Origin: Chlorokybus atmophyticus
Taxonomy: Eukaryota; Plantae; Mesostigma and Chlorokybus algae
Direction of reading: 5' to 3'
Assembly (NCBI GenBank): GCA_009103225.1
Contig: RHPI01000575.1
Coordinates: 171,527 to 235,526, forward strand
DNA: 64,000 nt
A program made the position numbers and the translations under genes. Below, one piece after another: positions 15,521 to 26,641 of the stretch (positions are counted from its first letter, which is position 1; each line of letters starts with the position of its first letter). The notes beneath the pieces were generated by a model. The model saw only the letters and a program-made list of their open reading frames with translations. It was not told the DNA's origin and did no database searches.

Positions 15521-16977
15521 CATAGATTACCCGTTTGTGGTACTCCATATCTTCTCTTTTTCAACTTGTGAGCTCCCGCAAGTAGAGATAGGCTGTGCAT
15601 TTGCGAGATTGGTCATGCTGTTCATGTGCATGACACAGGAGGCTGTGCATGAGGGTGTGCATGTGGTATTGACAGTGTATGTCATGTGCAAAATACTTGA
15701 GGCTATGCATATGCAAGATAACGAAGCCCTAGCATGTGGCATTGCCAGTGCATCGTAACCCACCTTGTCTATGCCAGTCTTGTTTGGTCCCTTCAGTCAT
15801 GTCGCCGTGGTCGCAGCTGCTGGGGGGGATGTTTTGGATCGGATGTTAAAAAACACGTATTGTGGTGTGCCGTTTCCCACTTGAGGGGGAGCCCTGTAAG
15901 ATATCGCCCAAGTCATTGTTGTCATCAGCTGTGCCCTTGGTAGGCATGGTGGGGTTTGACACCAAGGACCCCACCGGCACCTTGCGCGCCCTGTGAATAT
16001 GGGCTTCATCCCGGATCTCGACCACAACGCCCATTACGCCCCCGACAGCGCCGCCAACGTTCCACCAAACGCCACATACCATCGGCATCACCGCTCTGTA
16101 AGGGCATAGCTTGGCGGAGCCATCAATAGTGTTTTTATGCGCAGGGACTGGCATTGCCAATTGGTTGCAACACTTGTCAATGGTACGAACTGCCATTGCC
16201 AATATACAAAGGTACCATCTCAATGATACCTTTTGGCAAGGCATCTTGGTACTATTGAAACGGTACAATTCGGATATTTATGCAAACTCACCCCACCCTG
16301 GACGTGCAATGGCTCGATACTACCATATTTCTGGTACGACGGAGCCATCACGCGAGTGAATGGCGGCAAAGTCTCCCGCCTCTAGCATGCAAGGGTAGCG
16401 GCAGCGGTGGCGGCTGTGCGTGTTGCTGGATATGAGAATGCAGGTTACATTGGCGACATCAATAGTGAGCTATGGGAGTCCTTGTCCGTATTGCCGCATG
16501 CGCTTCGCCACACGCAGCTCGGTCTACATGCACATTGTTAGCAGCAGGGTGTGCAAGCAAATCAAGCTGTATGTCGGCCAGCGTCCATTTCACGATGCGG
16601 GTCATGTCACACCAATTGACGTCAAAGGACCATGAATGGTCCGTACCTCTGGATCGGGATTCTCCTGCCACACAAGATCAGCGGACCATATACGGTCAGA
16701 CTGTCATTGACAGTTGGACCATGCATGGTCCGAATCTCGCGTGAACGGTCCCATTTTTTTTCGGGGTCGCACCATGTATGGCCCCGTCAATTTCCATCGC
16801 GTCAGGACTTGGTAGCGTCTAGGCGACGGACCAGGGACCGAATCATTTACACAGTATTATTAGAATTGAGAGTGAATGCACCCAAAGTGGCTTGATTGTG
16901 AGCCGACAGCACCGGCCACACACCGCCTTTTGGCGCACGAGGCCGCGGCGTTTCTCAAATGGTTAGCCAAGAACACA

Positions 16978-17051
16978 TGCGTCCACTGCGAATCGAACAC
17001 AATACCTTTAGTTAATAAACACGATGCCCTAACCATTGAGCTACAAGTGCA
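16978..17051 (-). pseudogene. tRNA-derived relic, second copy
   Basis: Minus strand reads TAGCTCAATGGTTAGGGCATCGTGTTTATTAACTAAAGGTATTGTGTTCGATTC. Confidence 0.7.
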
Positions 17052-17427
17052 CATACCCGTAGGGACTGCGAAATAATTGCATCATATAGTTTGCAATATG
17101 CCGGTGGCCGCTTGGCGACTGTCAATTGATATGCCCATAGCTTTGAGCGCATGCAGTGCATATATAAACATGCATAGGCTGTACCCGTATTACTTTAAAC
17201 AATTCGAAAATATAAAAATGAATGGAGAGTTGCAACTCGGCGGCTGTCAGGGTAATAAAGATACAACAAAAAAAAATAAAAAAAAATGCGGTCAAGTGGG
17301 CTCAGCCCGGGGCTTTCCCGTGTGCCGGTAATTTTGTTAGAGGCTGTCAATGACAGCATGTTTTAGACCAAAAAATGCATCTATACACAGATGATCACAA
17401 TATAAATCACTTACATTGATGTATACA

Positions 17428-17432
<5 letters not shown>

Positions 17433-17474
<42 letters not shown>
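17433..17474. repeat. (TA)n microsatellite
   Basis: Seen directly; further (TA)n runs at 1-21 and ~17831-17850. Confidence 0.97.
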
Positions 17475-17481
<7 letters not shown>

Positions 17482-18117
17482 CACATATATGTACACATAA
17501 TGTACAACTGATAATGTATATAGGTGTGCATTTACATTTGCATGAGACTTGTAGTATTATATAACATATACAATGTATAGCATGAATGCAACACTTGCGT
17601 AAAACACCAATATATTAATGCTACAATATTGTAACATTCACTACCGCCGTATGTCTATTCGGTGATGCGTGCATCAAAAGTACAGGTACATCTATAAATT
17701 ACATTATATTATACAATATTTCATAAGTTTAAATGACATATATGCCTCAATGCATACATATCTTTATACACACATATGTATGCATTGATGTATGTACACC
17801 AATGCATGCATGTATAAAGAAAAAAAAAAATATATATATATATATATATACTATATACATATTTGCAACTTCGTGCACATGCAATCATGGTAATTATGTT
17901 CATTGCAGAGACAGCCCCGTACAGCTTAATAATAGCCCGGCTGTCAATTGGCCGCCGACCATTTGCGACTGTCCACCTGTCGGGGAGCACTTTCCGACAG
18001 TCGGGGCGGCCTGTCAGTAAGTTTAGAGCAATATGTATTTGCACAATCACTATGTACTAGATACTCATGGTAGCGGCAGGGCCGCGGTTATGGTGCGGCG
18101 TACTGTTGAATGTAATA

Positions 18118-18466
18118 CAGTCTATCCTCGATAAGTGCATACCATCGGGAACACCTTTTTTCATGCACTTATGGCGGATACGCACTTGCATTGCCTTATA
18201 CTACCAACAGAGTGCATTGGTGTCGGGCAAAACCATGCACTTATCGCGTATATGCACTTATCGATTACTGTGCACGGACTGCTCTGTAGTACAGTCTAAC
18301 CTTGATAAGTCAAGCATATTCGATAAGTGCATATCCGCGATAAGTGCATGGTTTTGCCTGCCACCAATGCACTCTGTCGGTAGTATAAGGCAGTGTAAGT
18401 GCATATCCGCGATAAGTGCATGAAAAAAGGTGTTCCCGATGGTATGCACGTATCGAGGATAGCCTG
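18118..18466. mobile_element. Tc1/mariner-pogo-type MITE (349 bp) with long TIRs and TA TSD
   Basis: TA|CAGTCTATCCTCGATAAGTGCATACCATCGGGAACACCTTTTTTCATGCAC at the left end, and its near reverse complement ...TATCGAGGATAGCCTG|TA at the right. The inverted match exceeds 100 bp, and GATAAGTGCAT recurs subterminally. Confidence 0.88.
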
Positions 18467-18941
18467 TAGTTAATTTCACTGGTCCTTGCCGCGCCATTTG
18501 TGGTTCGGGACGGGCCAGGTACGGTGCACGACATCAGGACCGCGGGGCCGCGGGACCATACCGGTTCGCATTGAAGCACCAGCGCACCTGACTGGTTCGT
18601 GCCGCACCATGCCTGGAGCGGCACGGACCATGTCTGGTGCGCGACTGCGCACCATTATATACTACTTTGCACACGATGAACGCTTTACCTTACTTTTGTT
18701 TGTTTCAAATAATCATCCTACCTACAGTCCAACTTTGGCAAGAACACCTAAGCCCTACGATCATATGCATGCATTGTTATAAGTGTAGTTTACGCGATGA
18801 ACGACTGTGAATGCATTGAACATTCTACCTCACCCTCCCAAGCACATATCAGTAGGGAAGAGTTGTAGGTGTAGGGTCTGGTGTACTTGTGTTGCCCAAG
18901 TTGTAAATCAAAGATAATTATGTTTGGTTATCTGATAGTAG

Positions 18942-20241
18942 TTGATCCTTGCGCAGATTGATGTGAGCAGTTGTTTGACCATGTGTGTGATTGCTGTGCA
19001 GATGGACTTCGCACAACGCTTGCAACATACCGCTGATACAAAACGCACCGCACGCGCGACTGTGCGTCCCCAGCAAGTGACCAGCTGTAATTTGCGAGAG
19101 CGAGCAGCGGCAGCGCTGTTGGAAGTAGAGCGCATCAGCCGTGAAGCTGTATCTGATGGCACTCATGACCAACGCGATCGCGTTTGGCAAGAGTTTGCCA
19201 ACTACCTGCAACATTCTGAGCTCAACATTGCCGTCATTAGTGTCACCCCAGCTGTTGTCACAAGCTACCTTGCTGGGCACTGGACCGACACACACATTAG
19301 CAAAGCTCGCAGGCGCGACCGCCATGGTCATCGCATGATTGCTAGCACCACACTGGACAATGTGATCTCACATCTCACATGCTCGTTTAGACTTCTTGGG
19401 CGCATCGGCCCGTGGGATAGCAACACATTCACAGGGAACCCGCTTCTGTCCATAGACGTGCGCGAGTTTCGTCAGAGATACGCAAAGATTGCTGCTCGGC
19501 AAGGAGTTCGACCTATTCCTGCTGTGCCATTGGCCATTAATGACATGCGTACGATGATCCTATACTTCCAGCAGCAGCAATCTACCAAACCTCAGCAATT
19601 GACAGTCATACATGACAAGGCTGTGCAACGGCGCGACTATGCACTTTGCCTATACTTATGGTGCACATGGCAACGGGGTGGCGAAGGTGCGCATTTACAG
19701 ATGCACGAGATAAAAGCGGCAGGTTCAGGGCTGACGGTCACTGTAACACATCTCAAGAATTACAGCACCGGAGGCGCACCCAGCATACAAGTGCGCAGCA
19801 GTGGTCTGCCTGTGGAGTTCTCTAAAGTACTCTATGCCTATCCAACCCATTGTCGCGGGAGCCTCTTCGCCACTTTCGCTGGTCCTCTATTTCGGCCTGT
19901 TGCAAAAAATAGGTTGAAGTGGGAGGAACAACAGCATGTCTAGTAACTGTGCATACCAAGCGATTGTGCGCTGTTGCAAGGCGTGTGGCATATATAGGCC
20001 GCACCTGGGGTGGCACTCGTTTAGGCGTTGTGCCGCTCAGAGCGCCTTCCAGTGTGGTGTTACTTCGGAAGAAATACAAGCTCAAGGCACATGGAGAAGT
20101 GCTATCATCATGCACCGTTACCTACACGAAAGGTACGCTTACCCGATGCACAAAAGCACAAATGTATGGGTAGCGTCCAAGGTTGATGCTGTTTTTAGAT
20201 ACTCGGGCACCACGTTCAAACCATTCGGGCCGTGGGCCTAG
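18942..20241 (+). pseudogene. Tyrosine recombinase of a DIRS/kangaroo-like YR retrotransposon (frameshifted)
   Basis: SAM-like N-domain WQEFANYL..TPAVVTSYL, catalytic R in WQRGGE, HSFRR, TWRS and HRYL. Split into ORFs 18942..19943 and 19936..20241. Confidence 0.88.
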
Positions 20242-21123
20242 TCTCTTATAATGAGTGAATTGCCAGTCGCGAAACACTGCCCACCACACAGTAGAATGCC
20301 ATTCAGGCACCAACACCACAGCTGGCAGCTTGTAATACTGCAATAACGCTATGGCTTCATGCAGGAGAGCCAATGGCGGGTGACACTAAACAACGCCGCC
20401 CCCCAAGCGTTGAAGAACATCGCGCCAATTTGTAGTTAGAGCATGTCCCAAACTTTTAGGCATGTGTATGTAACTGAAATAAGCAGGCGCTTTGCTATTC
20501 TGATCGGCTGCAAAACAGTCTAATGTTGATTGTCCAACATGCTGTTGTACATGCACGGATGCGTCTGCGGTCAACGCCCAATCTCCTATGTCAATAAAGT
20601 TGGGTAATGCATCCGCATCGCGCACCTCGTTACGCGAGCGCCACACACACGTCAGCGCAATATCACGCTCCCAGCACAAATCCCACAACTGACGTAAAGC
20701 TTGCAGCATATGAGGCTCAGAAGCAGACATCTTGTTCAGCATTTGAATCGCTGGTTGACAATCATAAATAATGCCCACTGTACATTGCTGGAGATCATGC
20801 GTGCGCGCTACTTCAGTAAATGCTTGCGCATAAGCGAGTGCCTCCTTGCCGGCCGAAGGCAGTGACATATGCTCATGCTTTAAGTTGCCCGCCATGTGAG
20901 GCCAAAGTCCTGATGCCCCCCGACCAATTGTACTTAAAGCGTCTACAGCTCAAGCAGTATAGGGGGCTTCCACCAAGCATTGCCACTGTAAGTCTGCAAC
21001 CCAGCTATAGTCCAATCACGGAAGTGTCTAAAAGCGTTCATATCACCCATAGTATTGTCCCATGCATCCGTGGCCAATGCTAGACGCATCAATTGGCGAG
21101 CATAAATGCTTGCAGGTGCAAAA
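20122..21123 (-). pseudogene. RT C-terminal end, DIRS-type RNase H and Dam-like N6-adenine MT domain of the YR element (5' truncated)
   Basis: RNase H: SAGKEALA, IIYDCQPA, WRSRNEVRDADAL. MT: LDCFAADQNSK...VV*CHPPL...VVLVPEWHSTVWW. ORFs 20386..20895 and 20122..20373 are in the same frame, separated by one TAG. Confidence 0.82.
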
Positions 21124-22194
21124 TGTCGGGTCGAGGGGAGTCGAGGGTCACGCTGTTTCGGACAGCTGCAGGGACAGACATGCTTGCTAGACATGCTACT
21201 GCGCCACATTTATAACGCGCAGCAAAAGCAAAAGATAACCCAATCCTCATGGTGACAAGTGCTTTGTGCAGCAAGTCTGCTGCTGCCGGGTAGTACGGGC
21301 AGGTGGAGTCGGTGTTCTCCCCAATGTACATGCTGTGCTGTAGGACACACAGTCAACAAGCCTACTATAGGTAGCGTTGTTTACACAGTTCTTTGCATGA
21401 GTGGAAGAGAGATTGCACTGTTAAGTGAGGTGAATGAGCAAGCAACACGTGCATGCTATGCCCTGACTGATGCCAACAAGCACACCGCGACCAAGTACAC
21501 CAAGCTCACAACAAGGACAAGCACATTGCACAAGAGCATGCACAGGCTTTCACACGGTGAGGGGATTCTTGGGAATCGGGACGGCGTGTTTCGTAGTTCA
21601 AGTCGCTTCACAAGCTCTTAGCTTTCGCACTCACAGTGTCACCAGCTGATCCGGTGAACACTGTGCCTACTTATACAAGTCAAATCATGACTGTTCAGAA
21701 CATAAGCTAACGGTCATATCGAGGCTATTTTCAAAGAAATCCCCACTTGATATAGAACCCAACTTATAACTGAACTTACAACTCAACAGCTACGCGCGGT
21801 GCCTATGTAGGCTATGGTCATGAGCTACTCGAGAGACATGACCTTGCTACTGGTCAGTGCCGCGCGCGGGTCGCCATGCTGGTAAGCCGGGCGAGGGTCT
21901 CGCTATAGGCATGCCCGATGAAGACAGGCATGCCCTGGCGATAGGCATGACAGCTGTCGGGTCGAAGGGAGTCGAGGGTCACGCTGTCTCGGACAGCTGC
22001 AGGGACAGACATGCTTGCTAGACATGCTACTGCGCCACATTTGTAACGCGCAGCAAAAGCAAAAGATAACCAAATCCTCATGATGACAAGTGCTTTGTGC
22101 AGGTGGTCTGCTGCTGCCGGGTAGTACGGGCAGGTGGAGTCGGTGTTCTCCCTAGTGTACATGCTGTGCTGTAGGACACACAGTCAACAAGCCA
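21124..22194 (-). repeat. 3' LTR region of the DNMT-Gypsy element, with A-B-A' structure
   Basis: A 239-bp direct repeat (21955-22193 and 21124-21362) surrounds a ~590-bp B segment. A G7 polypurine tract lies at 22195-22201 on the minus strand. B has a diverged copy at ~50003-50586. Confidence 0.7.
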
Positions 22195-22239
22195 CCCCCC
22201 CTGAGCTCTGGGGGAGGTTCCAGCTCCAGAGCTCAGCTG

Positions 22240-22611
22240 CTAACGCAAGTGAGGAGGGCCGTTGGTACGGCAATCGTCGCACCAATACTCCTCTATGGGT
22301 ATCGCGTCCAAAGGTGGCTCCAGGCAATAGCAATGCAGGCCCTTGTTGCAGCCATTGCAGAGCATTACGAGTGCGTCGTCGTCGGCGCTGCCGCAGCGTT
22401 CACAGCGTGTGCTGCGCGCGGGATGAGGGTGCTGAATACGCCCAAAGCCGGCTACGTAAGGAAGGTGACATGGCGCGCAGTTTACCATGTTGTCCTTCAA
22501 CCTCTCTCCGTTTTGACCAAGGAGGTCCAACACCCCTGTGGGGTACACTTTGAGTCCCTTGTGGACGGTGCGGCCCACGGAGGTGTCAAGCGTGTCTTTG
22601 GTGGCTGCCAT
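22240..22611 (-). pseudogene. PHD finger at the integrase C-terminus
   Basis: CERCGSADDDALVMLCNGCNKGLHCYCLEPPLDAIPIEEYWCDDC fits the C4HC3 PHD pattern. Confidence 0.92.
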
Positions 22612-22911
22612 GCGATAGGCAAAGTCCCCCGCTTGGAACCGCCGTTGGCGCTCCTTGTAGAAGCCGCTGCATACGCGCTCGTAGCGCAGCGGCTTCTACA
22701 AGGAGTGTCGCGGTGCTGCGCGATGCGCAGGTTGTTAAAGGCCATGGGGAGGGTGCGCTCGAAAAGCGCGGTGCGCGTGAATGTCGTGGTGCATCCAGTC
22801 AGGGTCGTCGAGGTTGTTCACGACGCGATCCACCTCCTGCTGCGCACGGAAGGGGAGCAATGGTGGTTGCCCGAATAGCAGGTAGTACGGGCTGTACTCA
22901 CGCAGAGTCGC

Positions 22912-25255
22912 CTACTTTAACAATCGATATCCGAGGGCCACCCATGGGAGGTGGTCATCCCAAGTGTTCTTCTCGTACTCCAGCACGTACTTGCGGAGTG
23001 CCTTCTTGATGGTCTGCACTGTACGCTCGGCGAGACCGTCGGCTTGAGGGTGATCACGCGAGGTACGACGGTGGTCGATGTAACCTTTGTCCAAGAGGGT
23101 GTCGAAGTCCCCTCTAAACTCAGTACCTTGGTCAGTGATGACCTCAGCGCAGCTGCCAAATCGGCTGAGAACGTGAGAGAGGAAGGCTTAAGACACCCCC
23201 CCGCTGCTCTTGTTGGGTAATGGTACCAACTCCACCCATTTGAAGAAGTGCTCGATCATGACCAGGATGTAACGGTTGCCACGCGCTGAGGTAACAAGTC
23301 TCCCAAGATGTTAAGCCCCCATCGGTAAAAGAGACCGGAGATGGGGAGTGGGTGTAAGGTGGCGCTACGCGTGCTGAGGCTGGCGCGCACCATGTCACAC
23401 TGTTGGTAGTGGCTGACGAAGCCCTGCACCTGTTTGTTAACCCATACCACCAATATTGTGCCCTCACTAGGCTGACTGTACGCTTGACACCGAAGTGTCC
23501 AAGCTCAGTGTAGAGGGAAGTGATGATGCCCTTGCGCGTGACTGGTGTCGGCACTTCCTTGTCTTCGTCATGGAAGCGGCGATATAGCTTGTCACCTGCC
23601 CATCGATAGTGACGGATACGTTGGTTGACACGGTCCTTCTCTCGGGCACTCATGCCGGAGGGAAGCTGGCCACTTTGAAGAAAGGAGAGTGATGGCTTGT
23701 CCAGCCATATGTCCTGCCTGGTGTCAGTGGGCGCCAGCTCTGTGTCATCGACTTCAATGTCGACTGCGTGGGCGTCTCTCAAGGGTGTGGTTGCCGCAGG
23801 GCCGGTAGGCTCAAGGGCAGGAATCTCCTCTGGCACTGCTGAGGCGATGGTGTTGGTCTTGCGCCCTGAGCGCAACGCGCCAGCCGCAAACATAGCTGCC
23901 ATGGTGGGGGTTGTTGCTGCAGAGACGAGCTCATGCCGAGCTCCAGTTGCATCGTTGGTGCTGAGGTGAGGGTTGCGACTGAGGCCATCGGCGTCTTGGT
24001 TGGTGAGGCCAGCGCGATGGTCGATCTCGAAGTCGTATTCCTGCAACAGAAGGGCCCATCGAGCAAGTTTCCCTGGCAGATGTTGGTTGGTCATCAGCCA
24101 CTTGAGGGGCTGATGATCGGTGATCAGTTGGAACTGCCGACCAAAGAGGAAAGGTCGGAAGAAGGAGATGGCCCACACTGCAGCGAGGCACTCCCCTTCG
24201 TAGCTGCTGTAATTGGCCTCGGCGCTATTGTTGCTTCGGCTGGCGTATGACACCACCCGCTCCTTCTTGTTCTCATTGTGCTGCACCAGCACCGCTCCCA
24301 TCCCCAGCTTGCTCCAGTCGGTGTGAAGGATGAAAGGCTTGGCGTAGTCCGGACGTTGAAGGATGGGAGCGGTGGTGAGCCTGCTCTTCAGCTCCTCGAA
24401 GGCCTGCTGTTGCGGCTCCTTCCATGCGAACTCCACCTCCTTCTTCAGTAGCTCATTGAGGGGCCTTGCGATCTTCGCGAAGTCCTTCACGAACCGGCGA
24501 TAGTAGTTGGCAAGTCCCAAGAAAGCGCGCAGACGTGTGAGGTCTGTCGGGGCAGGGATAGCTGCCAGGGCCTCTACTTTTGCCTGCTGCACATACACAC
24601 CATGGGGCACAATCCTGTGCCCTAAGTACGGCACCTTGTGGGTGAAGAAGGTACACTTGTCGGGGTGTACGGTCATCCCCACTCCCTTGAGTCGTTCCAG
24701 CACCGCTTCGATGTGCTGAAGATGCTCCTCGTTGCTGCGGTTGAAGATGAGGATGTCATCGATGTAGCACCGCGCGAAGTCCAGCCCCTTCAAGGCCTTG
24801 TTCATGACGCGTTGAAACTTGGCGGGGGCATTCTTCAGCCCGAACGGCATTACCTTCCATTAATACAACTGTCGGTTGCCCCAGGAGGTCTTGTGCTTGT
24901 CCTCGTCCTTGATGGCATTTTGGTTGTACCGTTAACGCATGTCCAAGATGCTGAAGACTGTGCAGTCTTCCACATTATCAAAGATATCCTCTGCTGTGGG
25001 CATGGGGTACCTGTCTTGCTTGGTCTTGTTGTTGAGGGGGCGATAGTCGCCACACATGCGTCGCTCTGTCCAGTTGCCTGCTGAATATTTCTTCTGTGGC
25101 ATGACGGTTGCTGCTGCGAAGTCCGATGTGGACTCTTCGATAAGGCCTGCATCAAGCAGCGCCTTACATCTCTGCTCCACCAGGTGCTCTTCCCACTTGG
25201 AGAGCCTGTATTGCCGCCGAAACACCGGCTCAGTGTCCACCAGCTCGATGTCCAT
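22912..25255 (-). pseudogene. Ty3/Gypsy RT, RNase H and integrase (several nonsense codons and frameshifts)
   Basis: RT: RMCGDYRPLN, MPFGLKNAPAKFQR, CYIDDILIF. RNase H: LHTDWSKLGMGAVL, YEGECLAAVWA, TDHQPLKWL. Integrase: GHFGVKRT, HPQADGLAERTVQ. Confidence 0.93.
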
Positions 25256-26641
25256 CTAGTACACTGAGCATGTACCTAATTCCTTCACATTAAAGCTGAA
25301 TTGGCTCCTCCATTTGTTGAGGAGAGCCTCCAGCTTCTCTCGAGTGTCTTCTGTGGCCAAAGGGCCTATGGCATGGTCCCATGAGGTCGCATTGGCAACC
25401 ACGGGAATGTCCTCCACTGTCACTGCTACTTGCTCCTCCATGTGGACCACCTCGAGGGCTGTGTGAGCTGCCTTGGTGTCGGCAACGCGATCAGCCCAAC
25501 CCCCAGCCACGTGTTCGAGATCCTCGAAGGACACCTGCAATGCAAAGCTCAGCTCCAGCAGCCATACCAGGCTATTCTGGTTCATGGCACGGCCAAGTAG
25601 CTGGCATTGCTGACTATCTGTCAGCGATGAGCCCGTGATGCTGTTTGCGAAGAATCTCATGGCGCGTTCACGTTCGCGTACGTTGGGTTCCTCCAGCCTG
25701 TTGGTGGTCGCATCAAACACCATCCCGTCACCACCATTCCGAAATGCGTAGGAGCTTGGGTAGGACACCAATGTGGGGAGTGCGCGACGGGGCTGACCGG
25801 GCTGATTGCACGGGTAGAAGTGGTTGTGGTCATGATGCAGGACAGGTTGTGCTTTGCGGCCGGGGTCAAGGATGTCATCGACCAGCAGGTTGCGCGGCCG
25901 AGCGCTGCGTGTGTATTCTGCGGTCATGAGCTCCTCCACGGTGGCCAAGTTTGTCCACTTGGCACGTACACGATGTGCGTGCGAGCCATGTCGTGCAGCG
26001 TTCACCTTAAGTAAGTGCCCCAGAATGGAGCAAACTTGTCGGTAGCTGGAGGCCACGTGCGGGCGCTTGTCGTCCTCTGAATGCACATTTTCAATGACGA
26101 ACTCCAGGGGTCTGGAGATCTGGTGGTGTTGAAGGAGGTGAACGATTCTCATCAACTCCCAAAACAGCCCTGAGCGAGGGTCTTTGAGGCCTTGCCCCTT
26201 GCCTGCCCTGGAGTGCCCTTGGCATTCCCACCCAGCTATCAATTGGTCGACATTGCCGAGGGACAGTAGGTGATCTTCGGTGATTAGCCGGACGTCTTGT
26301 GGCAATGCTTTGAGGCTGCCTTGCAATGCCAAGAGGGGTAGTTGTTGTGGATATCTCTCGTGCACTTGACGTAAGTGGTGCTTGAGGGCCGTTTGCGCGT
26401 GTGGGTCTGGGTCGCAGTAATAGTACTTGACAACCTTCACACCCGTGTTGAGGACAGCGGCAAGACCACTGCCAATGCCTCCAAACAGCTCCAACACTGT
26501 GATGCCCTGCTGCCTGCGAAAGGTGTGGAACTCCACCATTCCGGTGGCCACCATTTGCTGGTCCTGCACCTTGTTGTGGCTTCGGTAGTTGGGGAAGCGC
26601 GTGGTGACCAGTAGCTGGCTCAGCAAGACGTGTGCGTTCAC
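25256..26641 (-). CDS. C5-cytosine DNA methyltransferase domain embedded in Gypsy pol
   Basis: Motif I LELFGGIGSG, II YYYCDPD, III QDVR, IV GWECQGHS (catalytic Cys codon at 26222-26224), VI FVIENV, VIII HRVRAKW, IX ERERAMRF and X LGRAM. All lie in one uninterrupted 461-aa ORF. Confidence 0.92.
   Translation of the reverse strand: MNAHVLLSQLLVTTRFPNYRSHNKVQDQQMVATGMVEFHTFRRQQGITVLELFGGIGSGLAAVLNTGVKVVKYYYCDPDPHAQTALKHHLRQVHERYPQQLPLLALQGSLKALPQDVRLITEDHLLSLGNVDQLIAGWECQGHSRAGKGQGLKDPRSGLFWELMRIVHLLQHHQISRPLEFVIENVHSEDDKRPHVASSYRQVCSILGHLLKVNAARHGSHAHRVRAKWTNLATVEELMTAEYTRSARPRNLLVDDILDPGRKAQPVLHHDHNHFYPCNQPGQPRRALPTLVSYPSSYAFRNGGDGMVFDATTNRLEEPNVRERERAMRFFANSITGSSLTDSQQCQLLGRAMNQNSLVWLLELSFALQVSFEDLEHVAGGWADRVADTKAAHTALEVVHMEEQVAVTVEDIPVVANATSWDHAIGPLATEDTREKLEALLNKWRSQFSFNVKELGTCSVY

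Larger units (their letters stand above)
13006..17850 (-). repeat. Right arm of the large inverted duplication
   Basis: Reverse complement of 1-5205 minus the solo LTR, with scattered substitutions and indels. Confidence 0.93.
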
